From the IMG/VR virus record IMGVR_UViG_3300038557_000055, positions 1 through 60,193 of that record: a stretch of DNA of 60,193 nucleotides. One strand, given 5' to 3'. The notes under the pieces were generated by a model. It was not told the origin of the DNA, ran no database searches, and saw nothing but the letters and a program-made list of their open reading frames with translations. Numbering within the stretch: the first letter of the stretch is position 1; each line of letters starts with the position of its first letter. Origin of the DNA: a virus. Its lineage: Duplodnaviria; Caudoviricetes. Made by a program: the position numbers and the translations under genes. Below, one piece after another: positions 35,812-46,000 of the stretch.

Positions 35812-36849
35812 ATGCCGAATATCAGCGTCGACGAGTACCTTTCGAAGCGCAGCTTGAGCGTCAATGAAGGTGTCGTCTACCGCGCGGCCAAAATGCCGAG
35901 GTCGTTCGACCAGGCGACGCGCTCCGCCACCTTCATCATGACCGACGAGACCACCGACAGTTACGGTGACACGGTGGTCGCCAAGGGCGCCGATCTCTCC
36001 CGGTTCGAGAACAACCCAATCTGCCTGCTCAACCACCGCTCCGATCTCATCCTCGGAACGTGGTCGGATGTCGCGCTGAAGTCCAAGCGCCTGGAAGGCA
36101 AGGCAACGCTGGCCGCCGAAGGCACCGCGCCGCATGTCGACATGAGCTACAACCTCATGTCTCAGGGCATCCTGCGCGCCGCATCGATCGGCTTCATGCC
36201 GAAGAAGCTGGAGCGGAAGCTCGACGAGAAGGGCGAGCCCACTTGGGCCTACAACATCCTCGAGTGGGAGCTCTATGAGTGCTCCATCGTCTCGATCCCT
36301 GCGAATCCGTCGGCGTTGGCCAAGTCGGTCAAGGACGGAAATGTCATGGCGCTCGATTTCATCGAGAGCGTGCTCGATACCTACGCGAAGACCGCTTCCG
36401 GGCTGATCGTGCCACTCGGCGAGCTTGAAGCGGCTCATCGAGACGCCACAGGCAACCGCACGATCATCACGCTTGACGCCAAGGTCGATGCGCCGACGTG
36501 GCTCGGCGAAGTCCGCCAGCTCACGGAACGCATGGAACGTGCTGCGAAGATCACCGGCGGTGACGAAGCCCCTGAAGTTCAGGAAGTCATCGTCGACGAA
36601 GTCGCAAAGGAACTGGAAGAGGGTGTTGAGCGCGCCCTTCAGGAAGTCCAGACCAAGATCGACGACATCCCGGAAGAGCAGGTTGAGCGCCGTGGAGCCT
36701 TCTCCAAGCTGATGGATGGCATCCGCGGCCTGATCAAGGGCAAGGATGCCGAGCCCGAGCCTGCTCCCGAAAAAGCCAATCCCGATGAGGTCGCAGCGCT
36801 GATGCGCGAGGCCGAAGAGATCGCAGCCCGTCACGTCGAGGCTGCCTGA
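35812..36849 (+). CDS. HK97-family prohead protease with C-terminal scaffold-like extension
   Basis: DSYGD, NPICLLNH, ASIGF, ELYECSIVSIPANP. Confidence 0.93.
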   Translation: MPNISVDEYLSKRSLSVNEGVVYRAAKMPRSFDQATRSATFIMTDETTDSYGDTVVAKGADLSRFENNPICLLNHRSDLILGTWSDVALKSKRLEGKATLAAEGTAPHVDMSYNLMSQGILRAASIGFMPKKLERKLDEKGEPTWAYNILEWELYECSIVSIPANPSALAKSVKDGNVMALDFIESVLDTYAKTASGLIVPLGELEAAHRDATGNRTIITLDAKVDAPTWLGEVRQLTERMERAAKITGGDEAPEVQEVIVDEVAKELEEGVERALQEVQTKIDDIPEEQVERRGAFSKLMDGIRGLIKGKDAEPEPAPEKANPDEVAALMREAEEIAARHVEAA

Positions 36850-36894
36850 CCAATCGGGGCGACCCGATAAACCGATCCGCGAGGATCACAACCG

Positions 36895-36923
36895 AACCCG
36901 CCCTTCGTGGCGGGTTTTTCTTT
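36895..36923 (+). terminator. Intrinsic terminator between protease and capsid genes
   Basis: AACCCGCC-cttcgt-GGCGGGTT followed by TTTCTTT. Confidence 0.7.
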
Positions 36924-36941
36924 GAGCGAAAGGATCGAGAA

Positions 36942-38264
36942 ATGACTCTCGAACAGCTTCGTAAGGCCCTCGCGGATCTGGTGAAGGGCCTGGACGCACT
37001 CAAGACCAAGGCCATGGCGGCCGAGGCCACGGTGGAAGACGCCACCGCGCTGAAGAATGCTCTGAAGGATATCAAGGATCTCGAGGCGAAGATCGCCGAT
37101 GCGGTCGAAGCCGACGAGGCGATCAAGCGCAACTCTCAGCCGGCCAACACTCAGGTCGACAACCAGCAGCGCACCGCGGCCGAACCCAAGCACCCCAACA
37201 CCACGGCTCAGAAGCTCGGTCTGGTCATGGCCGGCATGGTGAAGGCTCACCGCGAGAAGGGCATCAAAGGCCCGGGCGCGGCCCTGGAAGGCATCCGGAG
37301 CCTCGGTCATGAGCGTCTGGCCGACGAACTGCACGCCGAGCAGCGCGCCCTGAACTCGGTCAATGGTGCCAACGGCGGCGTTGTCATCGGTGAGAACTTC
37401 GCACCGGACATCATCCCGCTGCTGTATCCGATGTCGTCTTTCATGGCGGGCAATCCGACCGAACTCCCGATGCCGGGCGGTAATTACCGTCAGGCGGCGG
37501 GTGCGACTGGTGCAGTGGCGTCGTACGGCGGTGAAGGCACCGATATCAGCGTCAGCCAGCCGACGTTCCGTGATCTGAAGATGACGGCGCACCGCCTGGG
37601 CGGCATCGTGCCGATCACCAACCAGCTCATCCGCTACTCGCTGGGCTCGGCCGAGCAGTTCGCCCGGAACGATCTGGCGATGGCGATGTCGACCAAGCTG
37701 GACACGGTGGGCTACCTTGGCCTTGGTCTCAACGATGATCCGGTTGGTATCTTCAACCAGCCCGGCGTGTTCAGCACCCCTGCCAACGCCAGCACAACCC
37801 CGACGATGCAGCAGGTCGATGCCGACGCTCGCAAGCTGCTGAACCGCGTCGCTCGGTATCCCGTTCTGCTGCTCGGCCTGGAGTGGCGCATGTCGGTGTC
37901 GACCATCGGCTATCTGCAGGACATGCGCGACGGCAACGGCAATCTGGTCTACCCGACGCTTCAGGGCGACAACCCGACTTGGAAGGGCTACCCGGTCCGT
38001 ATCGGCGGCACGTTCCCGGAAAACCTCGGCGCCGGCACGAACGAGACCTACCTGGCTCTCATCGCCTTCGGCCATGTGCTGTACGGCAACGCCAAGACCC
38101 TGGAACTGGCGGTGTCGGATGAGGCGTCGATCAAGGTCGGCTCGGACATGATCTCCATGTTCTCGACCGACAGCACCGCGATCCGCGCCACCATGGAGCA
38201 CGACTTCTCGACCCGCTACTTCGAGGCCGTGAACGTGCTCACCGGCGTGAAGTGGGGCCGATAA
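36942..38264 (+). CDS. Major capsid protein (HK97 fold, N-terminal delta domain)
   Basis: Coiled N-terminus, NGGVVI, GEG..I, ITNQL, RDGNG, GYPV. Confidence 0.95.
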   Translation: MTLEQLRKALADLVKGLDALKTKAMAAEATVEDATALKNALKDIKDLEAKIADAVEADEAIKRNSQPANTQVDNQQRTAAEPKHPNTTAQKLGLVMAGMVKAHREKGIKGPGAALEGIRSLGHERLADELHAEQRALNSVNGANGGVVIGENFAPDIIPLLYPMSSFMAGNPTELPMPGGNYRQAAGATGAVASYGGEGTDISVSQPTFRDLKMTAHRLGGIVPITNQLIRYSLGSAEQFARNDLAMAMSTKLDTVGYLGLGLNDDPVGIFNQPGVFSTPANASTTPTMQQVDADARKLLNRVARYPVLLLGLEWRMSVSTIGYLQDMRDGNGNLVYPTLQGDNPTWKGYPVRIGGTFPENLGAGTNETYLALIAFGHVLYGNAKTLELAVSDEASIKVGSDMISMFSTDSTAIRATMEHDFSTRYFEAVNVLTGVKWGR

Positions 38265-38328
38265 GCCTTTCAACTCACAATCGAAACACGGCGGCGGCCA
38301 ATGACGGCTGCCGCCAATTCAAACGGAG

Positions 38329-38718
38329 ATGACAATGCAGACCAACGAATATGGCCTTGTCCCCGGCAAGGCGCTCAAGTCCTTCGAAATTTACAAGGGC
38401 GGCCAGCCCTGCGGGTTCGAACCGTCCATTGCGCTGAAGCTCCAGGCGCGCGGTGTTTGGGCTCCAACCAATCCGGAGAATGCGGCTGTTGGCACTGTTG
38501 CCAAAAAGGCTGCCGAAGTTGAGGCGAACGAGAGCGAGACTTTCGCCGTCGCTGTCGAGAGCGGAACGCTCCTCATCCCCAAGAACTGGCGCGAAGTGCA
38601 TCACGCAAAGCGCACGGCCTGGGCGAAGCAGATTTCCGGCGAGAAGGACATCAATGTCGCCCGGGCCGAAGAGATCATCGCCGAGGCGGTGAAATCCCAG
38701 GAACAGCCGGCGGAGTAA
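38329..38718 (+). CDS. Head-associated hypothetical protein
   Basis: Position after MCP; GGAG RBS. Confidence 0.65.
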   Translation: MTMQTNEYGLVPGKALKSFEIYKGGQPCGFEPSIALKLQARGVWAPTNPENAAVGTVAKKAAEVEANESETFAVAVESGTLLIPKNWREVHHAKRTAWAKQISGEKDINVARAEEIIAEAVKSQEQPAE

Positions 38719-38766
38719 TCCGGCTTTCCACCCTTCCCGAAACCATCCTCTGAAAGGAGAGGCGCA

Positions 38767-39249
38767 ATGAATCGCGCAGACACGTTCAACGGCGGGTTCA
38801 ATGCCCGCTCCGCATTCGCCAGCCTGCAGACTGCAGTGGCCGCTGGCGCTGGCGACAACACCGAGGCTGATGGCGTCTACGTCAATCGCAAGGACGACAA
38901 GTCCGGCATCGCCATGTCGGCCAAGCTCATCATCTCGTACCGTGCGACCCTGACCGCTGCCGCGACGCTGTCGATCACGGCCAACATTCAGGATGATGCG
39001 GACGGTGCTGGCGTCGGCGTCGACTACGGTCCTGCATTTACCAAGACGGTCGTTGCGACTGGTGGTGCCGGTGGCTCTACGGAAAGCGGTACGATCGAAC
39101 TCGACTTCGATCTGGCCGCTGCCGAGCAGTATGTCCGTTCACAGATCACTCCCGACCTGTCGGCCGGCGCCACCGATACCGCTACGGTGTCGGCGGTGTG
39201 GGTGTTCTTCGGTGCCCAGAAGGGGCCGATGAGCAAGAGTGCGATCTGA
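38767..39249 (+). CDS. Putative capsid decoration protein
   Basis: Ala/Gly/Thr beta-rich; strong RBS; head gene cluster. Confidence 0.55.
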   Translation: MNRADTFNGGFNARSAFASLQTAVAAGAGDNTEADGVYVNRKDDKSGIAMSAKLIISYRATLTAAATLSITANIQDDADGAGVGVDYGPAFTKTVVATGGAGGSTESGTIELDFDLAAAEQYVRSQITPDLSAGATDTATVSAVWVFFGAQKGPMSKSAI

Positions 39250-39360
39250 TGCACGACAACGATCGAGGCGCCGGCAACGGGTCGGCGTCTCATCTCACCC
39301 AAACGGCCCGGTACGCCGATCGCATGATCCGGCCCGGCCAGCTCACTGATCGAGGCAGCC

Positions 39361-39948
39361 ATGGACCTGACCGTGACAGTCGCTCCGGCGCTATTCTCGA
39401 TCGACAAGGAACTCGTGAAGGCAAACAAGCGCGTCCGCCACGCGAGTGAAAACGACCTGATCGATTTCTGGATCGCAGCGGCCGACCGCTACATCGAGAA
39501 ACGAACCAACCGGTCGCTCCTGACCCAAACCTTGAAGCTCAGGCTTCGTCGCATTCTCCCTACGGTCCAGTTGCCCCGGCCGCCGTTTCAGGACTTGGTT
39601 TCGATCACTGTAGCTCCGGCACAGGGTACGGCTCCGACAATCGACGTTTCGACGGTCAAGAACCGCATCGTCGACATGATCCCGGTGATCGATATCCCCG
39701 GCCTTCCCGAGGCTGATGGAACGATGGAGATCGAATACAAGGCGGGCTGGTCCGAGGCGGCCAAAGTGCCGGCCGATCTTCGCCTCGCTTCGCTGCAGCT
39801 TGCCAGCCATTGGATGACGAGCCGTGAAGCCGCTTTCATGGATCCGCGGATCATGACCGTCGAGAAGAAGATTGCGTTCGGCGTTGACCAGCTCGTAAAG
39901 GAACATCGGGTGATCAACGTCAACGAAGCCATCAACGGCGGCTACTGA
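39361..39948 (+). CDS. Head-tail connector (gp6-like)
   Basis: VK...RV....E.DLI...I.AA..YIE..T.R.L..QT; VPADLR.A.L.L..HW...RE. Confidence 0.88.
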   Translation: MDLTVTVAPALFSIDKELVKANKRVRHASENDLIDFWIAAADRYIEKRTNRSLLTQTLKLRLRRILPTVQLPRPPFQDLVSITVAPAQGTAPTIDVSTVKNRIVDMIPVIDIPGLPEADGTMEIEYKAGWSEAAKVPADLRLASLQLASHWMTSREAAFMDPRIMTVEKKIAFGVDQLVKEHRVINVNEAINGGY

Positions 39949-40346
39949 TGATCCCCTCTCGTCATCCGAACCTGGTGCTGATCCAGCACACCGTAAAAAG
40001 CGGTGAGTTTGGAGACCAGTTTTCGTGGGTCGAATTCCGCCAGGTGTGGGTCTCCATCAATCCGAACCGGGGCCGTGAGGTCTTCGCCGGTCAGGAGCTT
40101 CAGGCCGCTGTGACACACACGATCCGCGGCGATTTCCTCGAACTCGAAGGCGTCGTTGAGAAGATGCGCCTCATCTACAACGACACGCACGAATACGGCC
40201 CGTCTCCCGCGGTCATCCGGCCCGACAGTGAGGTTTTCGACATCCTGGCTGTCATGCCGAATTACGACGGCCGAGACGACGTAATGATGCAGGTGAAACT
40301 GATCACGCGGCGCTTCGCCGACCTTCCCATCGACATCCCCGCTTAG
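39948..40346 (+). CDS. Head closure/head-tail adaptor
   Basis: VWVSI.P..GREVF, THTIR, FDI.AV. Confidence 0.85.
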   Translation: MIPSRHPNLVLIQHTVKSGEFGDQFSWVEFRQVWVSINPNRGREVFAGQELQAAVTHTIRGDFLELEGVVEKMRLIYNDTHEYGPSPAVIRPDSEVFDILAVMPNYDGRDDVMMQVKLITRRFADLPIDIPA

Positions 40347-40359
40347 AAAGGAACTCGAC

Positions 40360-40719
40360 ATGGCTGCGATCTCTCTGGTCAAGCCGACGGCCAAAGGCGC
40401 CGTCGTTACGCGCGTCGCTTCCACCCCGGCAGGCGACACTGTCCCGTCCACGGGTGGCGACATCCTGCTGCACTTCGAAAATGGGCACGCCTCCTCCATC
40501 ACTGTGACGATCGCGCCGACCAAGCTCACCGGCAATCTGCCTGGGGCCGGTCCTGTCGACGTTCCAACGCGCACCTTGGTCCTTGCGGCCGGCGACGAAG
40601 GGGCGATCCGCTTCCGTGGCGGGGATGCCGGCTCTTACACCAATGCGCAGCGCCAAATCCCGATTACCTATACCGGCGGCAATGCTCTGCTGACCGTGAT
40701 GGCGCTCGATCTGAGCTGA
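40360..40719 (+). CDS. Virion structural hypothetical protein
   Basis: Beta-rich; in neck cluster. Confidence 0.6.
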   Translation: MAAISLVKPTAKGAVVTRVASTPAGDTVPSTGGDILLHFENGHASSITVTIAPTKLTGNLPGAGPVDVPTRTLVLAAGDEGAIRFRGGDAGSYTNAQRQIPITYTGGNALLTVMALDLS

Positions 40720-41165
40720 TGTCCAAGGTCACGGGATGGAAAGAGACGGCGCGGGCGATCCGTCGCGCTGCTCAGTTTCCCCGTGGCAAGGTGGGTGCAG
40801 CGTCGCGCAAGGCGCTGACCCCGATGCTGAACGCCAGCAAGGCGAACCTTCGGAAGAACAAGTCGTACAAGCGGGGCGTCCTCTCTCGATCGATGAGGAT
40901 CCGAGCTCTGAAATCGGGCTCGGCACTCAGCCAGTGGGTCGTGTCGGCAACGGGCAGGGGCGTCGCCATCTCCCACCTGGTGGAGCTTGGCACCCGTCCA
41001 CACTGGCAGCCGAAGCGCAACAGGATGCACCCCGGCGCCGATGCGAAGCCGTTCCTTGAGCCGGCATACTTGGCAACCGATGAGCTCGCGATCAAGATCA
41101 TGGCGGATGAGATCGGTGTGGGCTTGATTAAATTCGCTGCTTCAGTGGGTTATCGGGGCAAGTGA
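40719..41165 (+). CDS. HK97 gp10-like tail completion protein
   Basis: G.L.RS, HLVELGT, HPG..AKPFLEPA. Confidence 0.85.
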   Translation: MSKVTGWKETARAIRRAAQFPRGKVGAASRKALTPMLNASKANLRKNKSYKRGVLSRSMRIRALKSGSALSQWVVSATGRGVAISHLVELGTRPHWQPKRNRMHPGADAKPFLEPAYLATDELAIKIMADEIGVGLIKFAASVGYRGK

Positions 41166-41564
41166 ATGGAAATTCTCGATGTCTACCGTGGCTTGCTCTT
41201 GGCGACGCCAGCGGTGCACTCTCAGATGAAGGGCACCTATAACCTCTTCGTCGCGGCGCAAGGTGATCTCCGGCCGAACATGGTGCTGCAGCTCGGCGAT
41301 TCTGGCGAAGATTACACCCATCAGGGTACGAGCGGCGTTGTTGACGCCGAGGTAATCCTCATCAGCCGCGGGGACACGTCAGCCGCCGCCAGTCAGCTCG
41401 CTAAGGCGGTTCATGACACGGTCAAAAACTTCACCGGCACATTGCGCGGTATCGAAGTTCAATTGACCGAGGCGATGTCGACGAAGTCCAGCTACGACGC
41501 CACGAACAAAGTGTTCGAGATCACCAGCACCTACACCAGCTTCTACAGAAAGGTCTCGCCATGA
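41166..41564 (+). CDS. Tail terminator (DUF3168-like)
   Basis: Size, position and composition before tail tube gene. Confidence 0.7.
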   Translation: MEILDVYRGLLLATPAVHSQMKGTYNLFVAAQGDLRPNMVLQLGDSGEDYTHQGTSGVVDAEVILISRGDTSAAASQLAKAVHDTVKNFTGTLRGIEVQLTEAMSTKSSYDATNKVFEITSTYTSFYRKVSP

Positions 41565-41791
41565 CGAAGAAACAATCGTCGCTGCCGGAGAAGTTCGCAA
41601 CCTTCGAGCAGAACATGAGCGCCAAGGAGGCTGAGAATACCAAGCCTGTTGGCGGAATGGTCGAAGTCACCTGGGCCGGTGAGAAGATGTGGTCTTGCTC
41701 GCGCTGCAACGACACGACGTTCAACGAGTTCCAGGCCAAGACCCACACCTGCAAGACTGTCCGACGCGCCGACGACGAAGACGGCGAGTAG
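41561..41791 (+). CDS. Small Cys/His protein
   Basis: WSCSRC...HTC; ATGA coupling. Confidence 0.55.
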   Translation: MTKKQSSLPEKFATFEQNMSAKEAENTKPVGGMVEVTWAGEKMWSCSRCNDTTFNEFQAKTHTCKTVRRADDEDGE

Positions 41792-41817
41792 CCCTCACGA
41801 AAACTGAAGCATCCGCC

Positions 41818-41840
41818 ACCCGCCGCAAGGCGGGTTTTTT
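41818..41840 (+). terminator. Intrinsic terminator upstream of tail tube gene
   Basis: ACCCGCC-GCAA-GGCGGGT-TTTTT. Confidence 0.75.
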
Positions 41841-41858
41841 GTTGGAAAGGAACTGACA

Positions 41859-42299
41859 ATGGCAAATCCGAACAGCGAAGCCGCTCTCGGCTACGGCGCC
41901 AAGATCCTGATGGGCGACGGCGCCACCCCCACCGAAGTGTTTGCCGTCATCGGTGAACTCGGCGACTTCGACAACAGCGACACGATCGGCCAGATCGAAG
42001 TCACCAACCATCAGTCGCCCGGCCGGCGCAAGGAGTACATCGGCGACCTGATCGACGGCGATGAGATCAGCTTCGAGTGCAACTACATCCCGAACCACCC
42101 TACCCACAACCGTGCGACTGGCCTGAAAGGCAAGCTCGGTGCGGTGGTCAATTTCCGCATCGAAGGCCCGGGCGAGACTGAGGGCGCCCAGTTCCCCGCG
42201 CTGGTCACCAAGGTCGGCAATTCCTTCCCTGTGGCCGGCGTCATGAAGTTCTCGGTCTCGATCAAGAAGACCGGCGCTCCGACCTATTACCCGATCTGA
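41859..42299 (+). CDS. Major tail tube protein
   Basis: IEVTNHQSPGRRKEYIGDLIDGDEISFECNYIP. Confidence 0.9.
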   Translation: MANPNSEAALGYGAKILMGDGATPTEVFAVIGELGDFDNSDTIGQIEVTNHQSPGRRKEYIGDLIDGDEISFECNYIPNHPTHNRATGLKGKLGAVVNFRIEGPGETEGAQFPALVTKVGNSFPVAGVMKFSVSIKKTGAPTYYPI

Positions 42300-42310
42300 C
42301 CAGGTGATCC

Positions 42311-42781
42311 ATGGCCAACCCGAAACGTGGGGAGGTGTCTTTCCCGTCTGGTGGGAAGGGTGCCTTCTTCTTATTCACGCTATCCGAGGGGGAAGAGCTC
42401 GAGGCGAAGTTCGGCACGGACTTCTTCGAGAAGATCGACCTCGCGGCTCACAATCGCGGGCTCGGCACGATGCTTCATTGCATCCGCATGGGCTTGAAGA
42501 AGCGTGGCGCCGACGGCAAGGCCGTCCGTCTCCTCGAGGACGATAGCGAGGAGCTGCCGTTCCATTGGACCGAGGCGACACAGCCGGTTCTGGACGCCGT
42601 CTCATTGCTCGTGACCAACGAGACGTACGCCGAACTGATGGCGAAGGTCATCGAGGCGCAGAAAAAACAGCTTCAGGACGCGGTCGAGAACGCCAAGGAG
42701 GCTGCCGAGACGGCTGGCGTCCCTTTAAGCGAAGAGGCTTTGGCGAGCGTTTTGTCGAGATTGCAGTTCGGTCAGGACTGA
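42311..42781 (+). CDS. Tail assembly chaperone (G)
   Basis: MANPKRGEV N-terminus; between tube and tape measure genes. Confidence 0.85.
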   Translation: MANPKRGEVSFPSGGKGAFFLFTLSEGEELEAKFGTDFFEKIDLAAHNRGLGTMLHCIRMGLKKRGADGKAVRLLEDDSEELPFHWTEATQPVLDAVSLLVTNETYAELMAKVIEAQKKQLQDAVENAKEAAETAGVPLSEEALASVLSRLQFGQD

Positions 42782-43023
42782 AGCCTCATGAATACTACGA
42801 TCTCTCTCCCCGGGAGATCATTCGGCACGCCGAAGCCACGGGCAAGGTGAAGACCGACGAGATGAAGCAAGGGATCACCCTTGCTTACCTCAATGCCAAG
42901 CTGCAGCGCGCGGACAAGATGCCGCCGCTCCACAAGCTGATCGAGCCGAGACGGAAAGCGACGTACCGCGAGTTCGTCGACCGGCTGAAGGCTGCTCCCA
43001 CCCACGTCATCGCCGGATCGTAG
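42721..43023 (+). CDS. Tail assembly chaperone frameshift extension (T part of GT)
   Basis: Slippery CCCTTTA at 42721-42727; -1 frame open to 43023 (GLKPHEYYDLSPREI). Confidence 0.8.
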   Translation, partial: PFKRRGFGERFVEIAVRSGLKPHEYYDLSPREIIRHAEATGKVKTDEMKQGITLAYLNAKLQRADKMPPLHKLIEPRRKATYREFVDRLKAAPTHVIAGS

Positions 43024-43024
43024 C

Positions 43025-46000
43025 ATGGCCAACACTGCAGCCCGTGTAGGGAGCATCAATGTCCTGCTCCAGACCGAGCTCGGGCCTGGTGTGGCGGGGC
43101 TCAATAAGTTCGCGTCGGCAGTTGAAACCACCGGCGCTCGCACCGCCCGTTCCGTTTCCGGAATGGACCGGTCGCTGTTGACCCTGAACTCGACCCTGTC
43201 ACGTCTCGACAATCGAGCTTTCACCAGACTGTCCCTGTCGGCGTTGAATGCCAGCAAGGGTGTGGAACGGCTGAAGGGCGCTCTGCTGGCCGCGTCGGCC
43301 CTTGGCGGTGGTATTGGCGGTGCTTTCGCGCTGAAGGGCGCGATTGAGTATTCCGACACCTACAAGACCGTGGGAAACCGCCTGCGCGTCGTTGTGGGCG
43401 AAGCTGGCAACCTCCGCGATACCGAGAAGGAAATCTTCGACGTCGCCCAGCGCAGCCGGGCCTCCTATGAGGCAACCGGCATCCTCTTCTCGCGCATGGC
43501 GAATGCGTCGAAGCGGCTCGGCATCAGCCAGTCCGATGTGCTGCGCACCACTGAGACGATCCAGAAGGCCATGCTGATCGGCGGCGCTACGCCAGTAGAA
43601 GCAGCGCAATCCTCGATCCAGCTCAGCCAAGGCCTCGCGTCGAACCGCCTGCAGGGCGACGAGCTTCGGTCCGTGCTGGAGAACCCGGCTCTGGGCCAAC
43701 TCCTGGCCGACAACATCACCAATGGCGACATCGGCAAGCTTCGCGAGATCGCATCCGCCGGCCAGCTCACTGCCGGCGTGGTCATCAAGGCATTCAAGAA
43801 CGCCTCGGGCGAAATTGACAAGCTGTTCGCCGGCACACAGGAAACGATCGGTCAGGCCTTCGTTCTGATTGACAATGCCTTGATGCGGTACATTGGCACC
43901 TCGAACGCTGCCAACGCATCCTCGCGCGCGACTGTCTCGCTTCTAAACGCTATCGCCGAGAACTTCGAAGGCATCGCGGACAAGCTGATCCTCATCGGAA
44001 CTCTGGTTGCGGCTGCATACGGCGGGCGTAGCCTCCAGACGTTGAAGGCTTGGGGCGCGGGAGTGCGGCTGGCGAGGCTGGAAGCCGTCCAGGCCGCCAT
44101 GGCTGAGGTCCAGCTCGCCAATGCGGAGCGCAACAGGACGGCCCAGCAGCTCGCTGCCACTCGCGCTGCCGTCGAGATGGCCAAGACGGGCAACCTGTCT
44201 GCATCAACCAAGAACAGAGTTCGCACGGGCCTCCAGCCCGCTGTAGCGGCTGATTTTGCCGCCTCGCAGCGCCAGAGCGCCGCCATGGCGCAATACAGTG
44301 CCGCTCTTCGGTCCGCTTCAGTCTCGGGCATGGCATTTGCAGCCGCTGGTCGAGCTGCGTCTTCGGCCTGGGCCTTCGTCGGCGGGCCATGGGGCGCCGG
44401 CCTGATTGCCCTTGGCGCAATCATGTATGTCGCCAGCTCCCGAGCTCAGGAAGCCGAGGATCGCACCGATCGCTACGCCGAGGCCATCAAGAAGGCCGGC
44501 GACTACTCCCAGCGTGCCGCTGGGGGTGTTCGGGAAGTGGCCAAGGCTCTGGAGGATCAGGCCGAGAAAGCCACAAAGGCTCAGCGCGCCGTTGCCGCGC
44601 AGCAAACCAGCATTGATATCGAAAAGAACCTCGCGGACTTTGTCGAAGTCTACAACCGTGCCGGTCGCGGCATATTCAACCTTGGCACCGCCTTCAGCGA
44701 CGGTTACGTCGAGCTCGGCAAGCTTGTCGACAAGTTCATTGCTGGCAAGATTTCGGCAGAAGAGTTCGCCAAGGCTGCCGATGAGCTAGTGGCGGCGAAC
44801 CCGAACCTGTCTCCGCTCATCGCCGAGTTGCAGCGTGCCGGTGATCAAGCCGATGCCTCGCGCGGCAAGTTTGATGCTCTAACAAAGTCGATCGAGGGTG
44901 TGGGCGCTGCGGCCAAGGGTGACCGACTTCGCGGTTTCGGCCGCGTTGAGAATGAAAACCTCAGCCCTGATCTCTACCGCCGGATGTACCCCGAAGCTCT
45001 TGGGTCGTTCTCCGAGAACATCACCGAAGCGATCAAGAAGGGTTTCTCGGATCTCGTCGGCCTGACCGAGGGAACAGACAAGGGCAGGGGCTATAACGAG
45101 ACCCTTGGCTTCGGAGCCTACACCGGGGGTCCGGTCGACCTGGTTAACAAGACCCTGAATGAGGTCTTGGCCATCCAGCGCCAGATGCTTGCCGACCCGA
45201 ACAACAAGTTCAATTCGTCGGCAGTTGGTCGCTACCAGATCGTGGGAAGCACGCTCAAGGGCTTGATGAAAAGCCTCGGATTGAGCGGCACCGAGTTCTT
45301 CGACAAGGACATGCAGGATCGGCTCTTCAACGAGCTGGTGCGCCAGTCGAAAGGCGATCCGAAGAAACTCAGGGGCATCTGGCCCAGCCTCGACGCTCGC
45401 GGTGTCTCGGATGCTCAGATCGCGGCGGCACTCGACAAGACCATCACGGAAATCCCTCCGCTCGACCCAGAGGTACAGAAGCGCATCGACGCGCTGAAGA
45501 ACCTGAAGCTGGATGCCGCTGTCGCTCAGCTCGACGAGTTCCAGCAGAAGATGGTCGCAACTGCTCAAGCAGCCGGCGCCACCGACGAAGAGCTGAAGCA
45601 AATCGTTGACGCTCTCGCATCGGGCGATCTGGACAAAATTCCCGATCGTTTCAAGGCCTTCCAAGAAGCGCTTCAATCAGGATTTGATGCGAACTTCGTT
45701 CGCCAGCTCGAGGCGCTGAAGACCGACAACATCATCTCGACGATGTCGGAACTGGATCAGGAGACGATCCAGACCGCGCGTTCGTTCGGCATTGCCGAGA
45801 CCGAGATCCGCGCCTTCGTCCAGGCTGCTCAATCTGGCGATGCGATCCCGCCCAAGATCGCGGCGATCCGCGCCGAGATGGAAAAGCTCCAGGCGATCAA
45901 TCTCGAAAAGGACATCTGGAAGGGCGTATTCTCCGATCTCCGCTCCGCTTTGGACGATGGCAAAATCTCCCTTGAGGAGTGGGGCAACATCGCCATGAAC

